Made by a program: the position numbers and the translations under genes. A stretch of DNA of 64,000 bases, taken from NCBI GenBank assembly GCA_036172245.1, contig JAYWIR010000044.1, positions 1,178,001-1,242,000 on the forward strand, in the 5' to 3' direction. Every line of letters begins with the position of its first letter. The stretch's first letter is position 1. The notes beneath the pieces are model-generated. The model was not told the DNA's origin and made no database searches. It saw only the letters and a program-made list of their open reading frames with translations. This stretch comes from Raillietiella orientalis (taxonomy: Eukaryota). Shown one piece after another: positions 26,090 through 38,944 of this stretch.

Positions 26090-27750
26090 TGCAGCTTTCG
26101 ACGGGACGCGTTTCTTCCTTTCCAACCGGCGCTAAATGCCGACTATCATCCCACGGGTTATTAGAGGACCTCCCTGCTCCTGGGAACTACTTGAAGTCTC
26201 CCGGTGTTCACTCTCTGCCGCTTTCGCGACCACGTAGGGTGGACAAAACCCCATTGGTCGTCCTTGGTCATCAGGGTTGGCAGAATTCTAGTGGACCCAC
26301 TCAGAAGCTCACCGTAGGCTTTGCGAGCACCGCAGGGAAGCAAAGCGTCGAGGAAGGAAGTGGCCATGAATGTGGATGGTATACAGGTGAGTTTCCTACA
26401 GCCTCTCCATGACGTTCGAGGATTTCTCCCAACGTTGATCCTTTGCGTTCTCCTCTTCCGGAGAGAGGGGAGACCAAAAAAAGAAAGACGGCTGTTCCAT
26501 CTCCCTGCAGGAGGCGGTAGAAGGGATGCTCCAGACTAAGGCAAGAGAGCAGACAAGCAGCACACTCCATCGGTCCTCGGAATTTTTATTCCTGCCACAC
26601 CCTTCGCCGTTAGCCATCATCACTTTACCCTTACTCGGTGGTTGGAACCAATGCCTCCGGGAGGGAATGGATGATTGGAAGGGCTCTGCGAGTCTCGCTC
26701 GGATAGTGGAGTCGGGCGAAGTGCCGCCACAGCCCTGAAAATGTTCGGCAAAGTGGCCAGCGGTCCGCAAGTTGGCATCCACTCTTCGATGCTGGATCGG
26801 AAAGAGAGAGGGGTGAAGTTGGGAGGCAAACTAGGCGACCGGCGGTCAAAGTGTTCCATGCTTTCCTTGTGCGGAGTCGGTGGCTCGCGGGATGCTCGTC
26901 AACGCCTAGGGGTTCAGACAAGCTGGAAAAGTTCAAGAGAGAGCCAAGCAGAAGCCACGCGTCTCTTCCAGCTGCTCCCGCAATCCTCCTCGATAGTCTC
27001 GGTCTCCGGAAAAAGCGACATTCTTCTTTGATTCAGGAAGCGTGGGATCCGGAACATTCGTTGGCTGCCGCTATTGATCTTTCGCCTTTCTGGAGCGACT
27101 CGAAAGACACGCGATGCCAAGGGGCAGCCACTTCCTCTTCCATAGCCTCCTGAAGGCTATGCTGTTGATCGTTGTTAAGGAAACGCTCCCCCAGAGAAAA
27201 GAGAGAAAGGAGAAACAGAGGAAGACCTATCCTGATCATGACCTTGGCCTCGGCCTGATTGAACTCCTCCGAGAACAGGGAAGGACAACAATCTCTTGAG
27301 TTCTTGCACGTCGGCGGCTGCCATGAGATGGGTCCAAAAAGATTCCTGGTCTTAAGAAACCCATTAGGCAGGAGACAGCGCGCTTTTGGAGGTGGCTGTT
27401 GGCTGCCTTCTCCCTGTCCACCCCTGAACGGCCTGCGTGCCATGCGACCCGTCTGGCGCTTCTCTTCTGCAGCTGCCGGACAAGCTCCGGCGAGCGGAAG
27501 CGCAGCATGGGTTGCACATCGTCCACCGCCGAGATTTCTCCGAGCGAAGCGGAGCACCTTCATCAGGAAGAGCAATTACCACGCTATTCCCCCGGGACCG
27601 AAAGGGGAAGAGAAGTGACGAAGGGGGATGATGGGATAAAGAAAGGACAGTTTTTCCTCTCCCCCATGCAGCAGGACGCTCTCGGAAGCCTCTCGGCGCG
27701 AAAAACACGAAAAATCCATCTCCCTCTTCTGATCTGCTGACGGAAAGAAT
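26090..27750 (+). mobile_element. L1/Tx1-like ORF2 relic (APE endonuclease + linker)
   Basis: LQLSTGRV..GAKCR (APE start), LPLLGGWNQCL (~ILGGDFNCVL), SSMLDR (~SRLDR), TSWKS, FWSDSK (~WDxxK), KGDDGIKKGQFF (~PGxDGIxxEFF). Confidence 0.6.
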
Positions 27751-28679
27751 CAACGGGAGCGCGAAAGAATTTTGTGAGGACTGCGGTTTTGGCTCCTGGG
27801 ACAGTTTCCGCGCCCTGCGTCCGCGAAACGGCAGGAAGGCAGTGCGAAAGCATGAAATATCCCTTTCTTCGTCGTCCTAAATCAGCAGTCAAGAGGGGGG
27901 GGGAGCACAGCCCCGTATGCTCTTGAGGTCCAGCAATCCTTCCTCTTTTATAAATCACGTCCCTCACGCATGGATGACCGCGAGCGCTCTAGCGAGAGCG
28001 ACGCCAACAGCAGGCGTCTCCGTGCGCATGTGCGAAAGAGTTTTTCGACTCGAGGAGTGCTTAGGGCACGAGGCGATGCGAGGGGTCAGCTGCTGCATCG
28101 TCCGCTTGCGACAAGACCGGAGACTTCCGTAGCGGCGACCTCGCATTTTAAGCCCTCGGCCCGGAGGCAAGCATCGCCTGATCTGCCTCATCCGAGGTGA
28201 CACTCAGCGCTTCTCGTCCTCCTGCTGCTTCTCCCTCCCTCTTCTTCTTTCTTCTCTCTTCCTCTTCCTTCTCTTCTCCTCCTCATACTCTCCTTCCCCC
28301 GAGACAGGTCTTTCCTGGGACGATCCTGACATGTTCGAAAATCCGAAGGAAAGCTCACTTGAAACTCTGGCGCGCTGACGAGAAGCGCTACTGGATTTCC
28401 TGCTTCCTCGAGAGATTTTTCCCGATTTTTTCAAGAAAACCAGTGGGAAAGTGTTTCGCTGGAGCTAGATAGGCGCTGACAACGGTGTTGAGCGCGGGGT
28501 CACGAGCAAACCTTGGGACGGAGCTGAGCACTCCCAGAACAGCCATGCGGCTGTCGTTTTCTCACAAAGAAGCCTGGAAGAAGCAATCCTTGTATCGTCT
28601 GTGACGTCCAGATCGTGTGCCTCGTGTATCCTTCAGTGGATGCGAGGGTGGACCGCAAACGAATGGACCAAGCGATGAG

Positions 28680-29400
28680 TTACGCAGCATGCCGTACACG
28701 AGTGAAGAAGCTTCAAGACGAGACGTGAACAGGAGGATGAATAACCGCTGCCTGGCCGACGAGCCACAAGCAGCAGTTATTCATCCTTCTGTTCCCATTT
28801 AGCTCCAGGCTTTGGAGCCTAAGACTAGCTAGATATATGGCGCATGGCTGAGAGCATGCGGTGGAAAAGCTACAACTGGATGCTTGTGCCCTCTATCAAA
28901 TATTCTGAGGCTGACACGATGATCAACCCCATCAGATGTGCTTCATCACTCCTTGGAGCAGAATAACCAACATAGAAACATTGCTTTCTCGAGAAAGGAA
29001 TAATCCATCCCTTCTCTTCAGGTCCATTAATACTACCAGTATTAAGGGAAGTCGAAGTTGGTCTTCCTGGTACCACCTGCTAACCAGGCATCAACTGCTA
29101 GCTACAACAGTCGGCATCTCAGACTCTGCAGCTCCCGTAACGGCAGAAAAATGAATACCTTGGAGATCCTCTACTCCCCGGGGGTAGCGCCTTGCTGGAG
29201 TCTCCGGATGCAGATGTAGATCGGATCTTCGTCAGCGCCAACATGGGGAAGCACATCAAGAAGTGCTTGAGCTTGTCCAGAAGAACAGCAAACGATTGTC
29301 TGTACGCTGACTGGACGAGAGGACACCTTTGCCTCCTCACCCCACTTTATGAGGGAGACAACTTAGCGGTCGATAGCTGTTTTAAGCTCTCGACTTCCTC
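28680..29400 (+). mobile_element. NeSL/Utopia-like (R2 superfamily) non-LTR retrotransposon relic
   Basis: MPYTSEEA..RRMNN (pre-RT), YLGDPL, and KHIKKCLSLSRRTANDCLYADWTRGHLCLLTPLYEGDNLAVDSCFKLSTS, which resembles the Utopia post-RT segment KxxLxLPxRAxNxYLYxxxxxGxxGxxxxxEExDxxxIDSAFKLLTS. Confidence 0.6.
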
Positions 29401-29499
29401 CTTCTTCCTTTCCTCCTCTTCTCTTCCCGAGATCCGACGGTCAGGAATCGCGCCCGTTGCACCCTGCAAAGAGTACTGAAGAAGAAAATATGACTCTCA

Positions 29500-30550
29500 T
29501 CCATGGATGGTGATTCGCTGGATTTTATACGTCTGAGTCCATCACTGGCGAATCTGCCCGCCCTGGAAGTGACTTAGGATTAGATGGATAGTAGGAAAGC
29601 AAAAAGCCTCCGGTGGACTGGAAGCAAACCAGGTCTTTGACAATGAGGCACGAAGGATGTCTCTAGGACACGATTCTATTCGACTCGACCTACTGCGAGA
29701 GTTCCATGCGTAGGAAGCTCTCCGATGGGCCTGAACGCTTTGCAGAGCAGGGTGGTGCTTCCCCTGATGATCTGACAAGAGCAAATCTGTGTCCTGGTGT
29801 TGGTCAGCACCGAGCTTCCAGTCACTTGCCTTTCAACCACATGGGGTTCGCGGGCCACTGCTTCGTACGCTAGGCTCGATCAAATCTAGTCGTGGTATGA
29901 GCCACATTCTTAGAAGAGGTATCGACTCGTATGCTTAAGATGAGTACTTTGGCAGCAGTTCTTTGAGCACGTCCACGCTGAATTCCGAAATCACCAATAC
30001 TGAACGTTGACTGCGTTAAACATCAGCCTTGGCACACTGAACACCAAGGAGTTGGTAAAGACGTTGAAAAGGATGACGACACAATACTAAGAGCTTACTG
30101 TTTCCAACAGACCCCTGACCTCATCTGGTGTTTCTAGGAGAGGAAAGGTGACCTATTGAAACTACCCAACTTGCTCTTTGGGGGGCAACGATCCCAGAGC
30201 TCTGTAGTTAGAGGAAGAAGAGCGAATACTGGTATCTAGTTGAACTCTTCGCCTCAGAGCGAGCCATCTTTGTGGGAGCCTACGGTGCATGCGACCTAGG
30301 CAACGACAAAGCGCTCGAAGAACTCCAAACGAAGAAGCGAGCCGAGGTGCACCATAAAGGAAAGGAGAGAAGGTAACACACAGCGCTTCCGTGAAACGCA
30401 CTGGTACCATCGGATGGGTTACCACATGTGAGCAGCCGACAGGCAGAGAAACTTGGACCAGCCATCGCTAGAAGAGACAGGTTTTTGAAGCTGGAAACTA
30501 TGGGATATCCCCTCCGGCATTCCGTGCAGCCTCCATCAGGATTTTTGCTT
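29500..30550 (-). mobile_element. CR1/L2-like LINE RT and C-terminal relic
   Basis: HRRLPQRWLALRRRVQLDTSIRSSSSN (~HRRLLxKLxxYGIxGxLLxWIxSFLSNR), ILFNVFTNSL..RLMF (~LLFNIFINDL..FADD), TLLCKAFRPI..ASYAWN, QTYKI. Confidence 0.65.
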
Positions 30551-31949
30551 GTCACGATGATATAATTTATGAGAGAATTTGAATCAATTTCGGTGCTGTC
30601 GCAGCTTTTCCAAGAAGCAACAGACGTGTTCCTGAATCAAGGCGCTAAGGAGTGTCCTGCATCCGACATGTAATCTACGGCACGGCAAACACTGCTGCGC
30701 TGCTTTTCCGGACACTTCATCGGGTGGAGTCAATTTGCTTATGGCTGTGCTCTAGATTCGGTGGCTGCTTGAAACCGGAAGCCTCTGACAAATAGGCAAC
30801 CTGTGGAATGCAAAACTCCGATGACGTCACGGTGGAATGAGTAAAGAATTGGCTCACGGAAATTGGCTCGAAAATTTGTTTCAGGAACACTGCTGGAACA
30901 ATCCTTGGGAATAAAAGAAAAAAAACTCAAATATGCTCATACTAGTAAGAAGGACTGATGGAACCACAGAGAGGGCAGAAATATTTCTGTGGATAACAGA
31001 AAGGAATGAAACCTGTAGTTCGCTCAAAGGGAAGCCAAGAAATGGGAATAAACCACACATGAGTTGAGGATACTAGGGAGTATTCCGGAAGTGTTGCCTG
31101 TCGGTCTGGGAGCCTATCTCGGGGTAAGGGATACTAAGACGGGTTACAATGCGCTTTCAGAGCGCTGCTATTTCAGAAGATGCAAATCCCGGGACTGGAT
31201 CGAAGGAAAACTTTAGGTCTTAAGGAATCGTGATGATGCAGTCCAATGATTTGTGCGCATTACAAGGTGGTCACTGTGACGAGTACCTTGGTACCCTTCA
31301 TACTGAGGGTAGAGTGAAGGATAAAGGATAGGGTTTCACTAACGGACCGAAGATCGAAGGGTTCGGTCCTTTGGGCTGCAGGAAGCTCAGATGAAAGGGT
31401 CCACTCGGAAAGAAACTTGTAATTTGCATAATCTGCGCTGTGGCATGTTTGGCCATGTTGTTTTCCCTCTTTGTAAGATAACGATATATGGAGATTAAAT
31501 CGAAAGGTGCTTTTCTGTTTATGGATGTTGGTAGGAGTAACTGAAAATCTCGATGGAGATCGTAGAAACAGAGGCAGTTTCCCCTGATTTGCATCATCAA
31601 ACTAATATGTGTTTTCTGTTCTGTTTGGATTTCACTGTTTCCATGGAGCCGGAGACCAGAAATGATGTACTGCTGTGAGTGGGCTTCAGCTCTATAAAAT
31701 AATGAACCCGGGAAAGGATTGGGGCTGATGAAAAATGGACGAATGTGTACTAGTGAACACCGACAAGGGATAGTTTGAGGGTTTATGGGTTCAAGCTTTT
31801 CCTGAGAAATTACAGAACGAAAGGGAAGATGAAACTGATAACCTTAAATGCAGGAGAAATGGGAAAAGTCATGGTGAAGTGAGCAGAGGTGCGACCGTAA
31901 ATTTCACAAAATGGTCCAAGGAAATTAGTCTTCATGATGGAACTGTATC

Positions 31950-32370
31950 GAGAAGAATTGTAAGGGTGAGTTTTCCCGGTTCGGGTTTCGATAGTATTTC
32001 GCCATGATCGCGAGGCTCGCTCTGTACGAAGTGCACTCCGTGTCTCAGAACGGGTTCCACGTCATGGACTTGGGAACACGACCGGTATAGCACGTTGCTT
32101 TTCCATCTGCAGCTCTGCTGGTGTTCTTCGAAGCTGCTTCCCATGGATTTCGCTCCCTCAGGGTCCAGAGATACGGGAAGGAGTGTTTCAGCAGCTGATC
32201 TCCGAGGCGTGCTCCCGAATGACGCATGATGACACGATACGATGCTGCCCTGCAGTGTTGCTGCATCCTCCTCGGTCACATCCCGTCCACATGACGCGCC
32301 CTTGGGAACGCGTTCTACAAACCTTGCCGAGTGGATGCATACTCTCTGACTCAATTCCGAGATTCCAGCG
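31950..32370 (-). pseudogene. Possible SINA/TRAF-type zinc-finger protein relic
   Basis: Cys/His pattern across frames (KVCRT..VPKG..CDRGGC..VSC, EEHQQSCRW, SCSQ..LRHGVH). Heavily frameshifted. Confidence 0.25.
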
Positions 32371-32549
32371 AATAAAAGAATCGGAGGAATGAAGACCATG
32401 AGGAAAGTGAAGTATCCAAGGTATCCACGGCTTTCCTTCAGATTCTGAGATCAACGAGAAGGCTTGTCGCACTCTCTAGACTCCTTGAGATTCTTGGTTA
32501 TCCTGCTATTTGTGTCGTGCCAAAGATCGGTAGCTGAGTATCCAGCAGC

Positions 32550-33850
32550 GGCAGAACCATAGCTGCTTGCACAGCGAAATTTTCGAAGAAACCTGCTGTA
32601 TTTATCGAGGTGGAAACGTGTCCACTTTGGAGTCCATAGGTACGCTGCTATAGCAGCATGGACACCGACTATTGTTCGTGATATTCATCAGCGGCAGAGA
32701 TAGCCCAAATGCATCTAAGATTCTCAATGCGTGGATCTCTGTCCAAAGGACCTTGCGTGCGCCCCCTGACATGGTGGGGATGAATTCATTGCTCCACAAA
32801 CCACACAAACAAACAAACCAGAAAGTTTGCCATGGGCAATGTGAGAGGGTTCCCTTCGCTTGGCTTTGGTGCCTTAGGACAAAGGTACCTCTGTCCCTGC
32901 GAAGCACGTGTTTAGCAGGTAGGGTGGGTTGGGCAATCTGAAGAATTGCATTCCACAGTGATAGTTCTGCTTCATGAAGTTTCTGGAGGATGTGGCGCAT
33001 GGTCTACTCCATCTCAGCCTCGGATTCCTGTCTCCCTTCTTTTTTAATGTCCTTGTCAGCCTCTTATATCTCTACCAGAGCTTGGCTCTCCTAACGAGGA
33101 TGCTCTGGATAAGGAAGGCATGAATCACCCTCAACACGGAGTTGTACGCAGGGATGATTGTTTGCCTTTCAAAGCTAGTGCTTGCAGCATCCCCAACTTG
33201 GACTGGTCTGCCTTTTCCATGGAATTCTTCACTACTTACCAACCCTTGACAAGGACTCTGCAGATGTGCAGCTGAGGGTCGACCCCGCATGCAGTGCAGC
33301 TTGCGCTCTCTAGGATCTCCGTCCAGTATTGATGCTTCCGTGATAAAACACCAGGAAGCAGCCCTAGATCTTTGGCAGCAAGCAGTTTCTCCATAGGACA
33401 GTCCCGATGGTGTGTGAAGCCCAGGTGAGGTTGCCCGAATCTTCTCCAGCGCCTCTGCTGCGATGCATTGCAGCTCGAGGGGGGAACTTCCAACCGACCT
33501 TCATGTGCTGCGCAACGGCTATCTTTTTCCGCCATTACACCTCCAGAGCTCGGGTACGCTTTCATGCAGTGCGAGCCCATGGCTCTCCAGAGCTCTGCGG
33601 TCCCGTGCGTCGTCCGCCCTTGCGTCTGGCTTGTGTATCGGAGCACTCGCGGCCTCGTGGATGCTCCCGCTGGTGCAGACTGGCTCGCAGTCGCCGACGG
33701 TCGAGTTGCCTCCTTCCAGGGGACTATTATGATTATCGGTTTCGCGGTTGTTATCAGGCTCAGTGCGGATTTCCAGGGAGACAGACAAAATTTATCGATG
33801 CAGACTGGAGGCCGAGAGGGAGTCTTTGTGTTTATCTAGCCATCTAGCGA
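32550..33850 (-). mobile_element. L1/Tx1-like RT relic (probable continuation of the 35800-38800 element)
   Basis: TVGDCEPVCTSGSIHE (~DQTCxVPGRSIHD), ALESHG, SSPLELQCIAAEALEKIRA (~PLSPLLxxIAxEPLLxxIR), KDLGL...YWTEIL, KKEG. Confidence 0.6.
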
Positions 33851-35399
33851 GCAAGGTAGAAGGAAACGCCTGGATTACTCTGCACAGTTCATAAGTATCA
33901 TAGTAACGGATCTAACGTGAAAAAAAATCCGTCAACGCAGAACTGTGTAAGAGATACGGGGAACGCAGCAAGCAGGGGATTAACTCATGCAATCTTCTTG
34001 TGGATCAGACCACGAAATGGTTCCTCTGGCTTACCGTAGGAACCCTCATTACGATATCGGCATGTAAACGCAGAAGACGTTCCAAAACCTGCTTTCATAC
34101 TTTTCAAATTTTTCTTTTTTGAAAATCAGGAGAACTGAAGAGCATGTGTTCCGGCATGGAGGGGGGGGGCGGCCCAAGCGAGTTGCCTGATGTGGATGAC
34201 TGACTGACGGAGATTTCCGGACATTTGCAGGACATTCTCTCGCCGTAAAGGAACGAAAACGGGAACACCCCGGAGCTAAGATGGAAACTGAGAGAGATCC
34301 GTCTGAGGCACATCATGGTTCGGTGTAGAGATCCGACCTTATTTCGCGAGGCACTCACCGGAGACTCTACACAGCTAGAGGAATAAAACAGACAGTTGTG
34401 GTCTGAAGGCTCTTTCGATTCTACTTCAGTTGAATGTTTAGGATCCACGTTGAAACCGGTCGTGGCTGTTCTGGATTGCATAGTTCTTCGAGCCTTCTCC
34501 CTCCCTTCCTAGTACTGTGGGTCCATTTCTTTAAATTACACTCACTTTCTCTTTCACGTTCCCGCCTACCAAGGAGACCTCTTGAAGAATGCAATTTCCG
34601 AAGAATTGCCTGTGTGCTACGAAGCACGAACGATGGATTGAAGGCTTTCAACTTTGGTACTCTATTTATAATAGTGATCGACTCATAGGGATTAAGAATA
34701 AGGCGCAGAAACCTATGAAAAGCATTCAGCATTAGAGATATCCTCTAGCAGGATTTCATGGTGGCAATTCATCTTTCGGTAGCATTACCCGTGCACTTCG
34801 TCATCCCAAGTTTATGCACTGAAAAAAATCCACTCGTCTATCCATCAGCCCTGTTTGTCTGGAGCAATTGTTCTTGGTGGGTTAGATAGATGGGTTCGAA
34901 TGACAGAGCGAGGACCAACATAATGAAATCTCCACACGAAAGTCACCAATCAAATGACCCGCGCAACGTCGAGACTCAAACGGAGTGGGCTCGACTCGGT
35001 AGCAAAAATACTCCCACATACAGACTGTGAGGCTTCAAACCGTCTGACAAACCTTCCCACCTCGATAAAGCAGATAACCCTTCAACGTAAGAAACCCTTT
35101 CCAGCAACTACGATGCGGGAACGTGTTTCGTCATCCCTACGCGGTTCAAGGTCAGAGCAAGGTTGTTCTCAAGAAGGCGATCGCTTTTTTCGAGTCGTCG
35201 TCTACATCGGTCATAGAGACAGTCGATTAGGAGGCATGAAGCGCCTTGGAATCCTCAGTGTTTGACTTTCCTCACTGCAGGAGTCTGCTCAAGTTATCTG
35301 AAGTTCACTGGTGTGGGGTGATCCCATGATGTCCAGAAAGGCAGCCAACGGGGATGGAGCTTACCCACAAAGGCACCCTCAAAGGCGTCGCGGGACACG

Positions 35400-35770
35400 G
35401 AGCTGCTCAAAGGCAAGTGCTTTCGGACAAATACATATATGGTCACTGGATGGCAGCAGACGTCATCTGAGGAGCGCCTCCATCGACCCGGAGGCTACGC
35501 ACATACGTGGCAAAGAGCTACAAGCAAGCCCATTTTTCACCGTCGGGTGAGTCGCGTGGGTGCTAAAGGAGTCTTGAAGGAACTCACATGTGTGGCTGTG
35601 AGAGAAGAGGACATTCCTCGTGCCTGTAAGCTCTTTTGCAGAAATCCCAGCTGCGCCTGCTGCTACCCTGCCAATCCGGAAAGGAACAAAGCATCTTCTC
35701 ATAGACGGCGGATCACTCGTTTGTGCTCCATCTTAGGGACATGCCGCTTCCGGTCACGGACCCAGAATTC
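35400..35770 (+). mobile_element. ORF1 N-terminal relic of the Tx1-like family
   Basis: TYVAKSYKQA and GAKGVLKELTCVAVREEDI resemble IWVAQAYKPA / ELNDELVRIGVREEDL at ~51550-51665 and EGAKVVEDLCNV at ~38700. Confidence 0.35.
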
Positions 35771-35799
35771 GTGATGGTCCTTCAGGAGCACCATCTGGA

Positions 35800-38700
35800 T
35801 CAGTCGTTTACGCCATCTGGCTCAATCCAAATCCCACCGCGATGGGTCTGCAGCTTGCATTGGGGGATTTCGGGGAAAAGAATCCCCACGTGCTGCGAGT
35901 AGATGGTGGCCCCATCTCCCTGTGGTATGCGGGAGAGGAAAAGGAGTGACGCTATTGCACTAAAGGGAAGGACACCTGAACAAACGTTCCCAAACCAACA
36001 GATGTCGGCAGTGCAGCCAGAAGGACCGGCTACAAGCAGAGGCACCTGTAGAGGGGAATCCGCTTCAAAGGTTTGGTGGCTTCGCGTCTGGATGCTGGCT
36101 TACGCATCCTGACTCTGGAGCGAATCGGGATGCAAGTGCAGTTCTGAATCCTGGCACTCTGTGCTCAGTTGTGAACTTCCCCGTTGTGTGCGCCTGCACG
36201 CGTCATCCTGCAGATATGCGCCAGCCGAGAAGAACTGTTTCCGTTGCGGCCGAGCTCCCACTACAGGATACAGGGTTTCGGCTTCCCCCTGAGGCAACTC
36301 GCCTTTCTCGTGGGAACCCATCCATAGATTTGCTGTCCAACGAAGTTTAACGCCTGAAAGCAGGAGGCTGTTGAGTCCTGAACTGTGTTCCAGGGAATGA
36401 GCCTTGAAAATCTTCATCCCCTGCGAAATCTGTTTCCACAACCACTGAAAGTGGTGATGCAGGACGTGGTAAAGTTTTCTACCCTTGGAGCCACAGCCCT
36501 TGCCGCAGCGCTGTCTGGCCGTAGGGCAAGAGATGAGAGCAGCCTACCGAAGAGGTGGGAGTTTTCCTGCGCCATCGCTGGAAAAAACAGACTCCTTGGT
36601 GCCTGGAAGATGCGTGAGTTGGTTGATGCTGCCACTCCACGTGCTTTGGCGAAAGGACCCCTTTGATGAGGAGAAGTCTTGAGTGTGAAAACTTGTGTTC
36701 TCTTCTCATTGTGTGGACGGTTCGTTGTCTCCTCTCGCCTGGAAGAAGGCTATACTGCTCTTTATCCACTGGGGATTCCCGTGTAAGGAGCGACGTCATC
36801 GAGTTTCCGGAGGGGCTGCAGCCCTGAACTGTCCCAGATGCGGGTCGACGGGGTCGATCCCGAACATGGTTCTGGACTGCGGAGTTCTTCATAAACTGCG
36901 GCGGAGGCTGGCAACAGCACTTCTGCATCAGGAGGACGCCGCCCGAGACATGCGCCGACGGTTTTCGAGCCAAGAGGTCTCTCGACGGACGCTGCTATTG
37001 CAACCATAGGTCGCATCCGTGATATCATTGCGGCCCGACAGGTGCTAGAAACCACCAAGTAGCCAAGGGAGGTCATCAGGATGACCTGCAAGAGGTCAGG
37101 GCAGGAAACCCTGTCTTATCGTTCCTGCCCAGAAGCAAACGATCGATTCCTCTTCTCGCTCGTGTGCAGAGGGGTAGCTTCAGGTACTCCAACGGGCTAT
37201 TCTACGACGACAAGAAAAAGAATGACGGTGGATGGCACCCGGCGCCCCTTCGACCATGATCTCCTGCATGAAGTTCACCAGAGGCACCTTGCTCCAGAAA
37301 TCGAGCGGGAAACGGGCGCTTCGCTACGCTGGGAGTGAGAATCCTCTCACACTCCTGCGCAATGGCATTCTGTTGAAACCCGCGGTCGCGCTCGCGGTCT
37401 CTGTCGAAGCAGGTTTGCTTCGACAGCGACGGTCGGATGGATCGGTCAGGTGATCGAAATCGATTCAACTGATCAAAGGCGAGGAGCTCCCGCGCTTATG
37501 CGGAGCGCCATCAATTCATCGACGCAGTCGGCATGTACCGGCTGCCTGCTCCGCCATTGACGCCGCGCACCGGAGAGATGGCAGCTCTGCTTCTGCTGCG
37601 TCCCTGCGCCCGGGCTCGATTCGACGAGTTACGCGCTTCCGCAAACGCAAACAGCTTGTTGAACCAGCAGCTGGTGAGGTCCCTTAATGACTCTCTGAGC
37701 TGCAATTGTTCCCATCTGTGTGGTGCAGAAGGAGCCAATCGCCAACGTCCTTCCATGACCTCAGGCTTCAGCCAGCGCCTCCTGAGAGAAGGATGCCGAC
37801 GAACGAGCATCAGGAGGCTGCCAGAATACTGGCTAAGCAGACCAGAGATAAAGGGGCAAGGGTGGCACACGTTTCCAGCGTGACCTCATCCTTCACGAAC
37901 TTTAGCGTTAAGACCTTTTCAAGGGGAGAGTTCTGTCACCCTTTTTCCATACACTAACTGATCACGGGCTTAGAGGAAGAGGTGCGAAGCAGCGGAGACT
38001 CCCTTCTTGGGCAGACACGTGTCAACCGGACGAATGCCCAGCCGGGGCCGAGAGGCAAACGTGAAGGTCGGTGGCGCCATGCCTGCCGGACGAGCCGACG
38101 GACTCGGTCACGTTCCACTCCGCCCTGAGTGAGTGCGCGAACCCACGGAGCGGGGGGCTCCTCGAGCAGATGCTCGCGCACCATGCTGGAGGAGCGACGC
38201 GCCGACGCGGAGGAGCCTTTCGCGCTGGCCGAAATCCCGGATGCCAGCGCAAGAACCGAAGAGGCGAATGGCACCAGGAGCACTGCCGGTGCCCCGCTGA
38301 GGAACTGTGTACCCTCGTGCTGCAGCTGTCGAAGTCGACCAGGAAGACCGACCATGTGCCCTCACTCTTCCCATCGATGAGGGTTAGTCTGCTCCCTAAG
38401 GGAGATTTGTGAAGGCCGTGCTTCCGCCAGTCGATCGCGGTTGCGAACCAAGAAGTCAACTTGCGCTCGAATCTACGGGGTACGCGAGCTGCTGTGGTGG
38501 GTGGCGAATCCCTTGACAGGCCTGGGAGAGACTTGAGCTGCTCCAAGGCGAGGCATGGCGAGCAACCAGTTCTACACTCAGACTCAGTTCAGCCTGCAAC
38601 ATCGTCGACATCTGTAGGGCTTGGATGCCACGTTCGGCCTTAGCAAGACAACAAACGGTAGGGAAGTCTCGGACGTCTCTGCACTGACGGTTGACGTTGC

Positions 38701-38800
38701 AAAGGTCTTCGACTACCTTGGCACCCTCGATCTGTCCGGACTTTCCTGTTGCCGTGCTGACACTACTGCGCACTGCGGACTAGTCTCTCCACTGGCCCCT
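35800..38800 (-). mobile_element. L1/Tx1-like element relic: ORF1 with zinc knuckle, then ORF2 APE and linker
   Basis: In correct order: RQCSWCHSP (knuckle, ~38270), ISPVRGVNG (~SxNVRGLN, ~37570), DLPWLLGG (~37070), RKLDDV (~SRLD), WKQISQGMKIF, LQTHRGG..EPDGV (~GKSPGPDG, ~35810). Confidence 0.6.
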
Positions 38801-38944
38801 AAGTTTGCAGTGATCCCTGCTTCGCAGGCGGTAGGACATCCAGTCGTGGTCCCCCAGCAGTGACGCAGTTTTGTGGAGCAGAGTGACGGAGATCTTTCCC
38901 TCTCCTCTTGCCGTGTGGTTTGACACCTGGTTGCTCTAGGGAGT

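Noticed and set aside
33400..33620. OTU protease-like segment
   Set aside because: Better explained by ordered RT motifs on the same strand.
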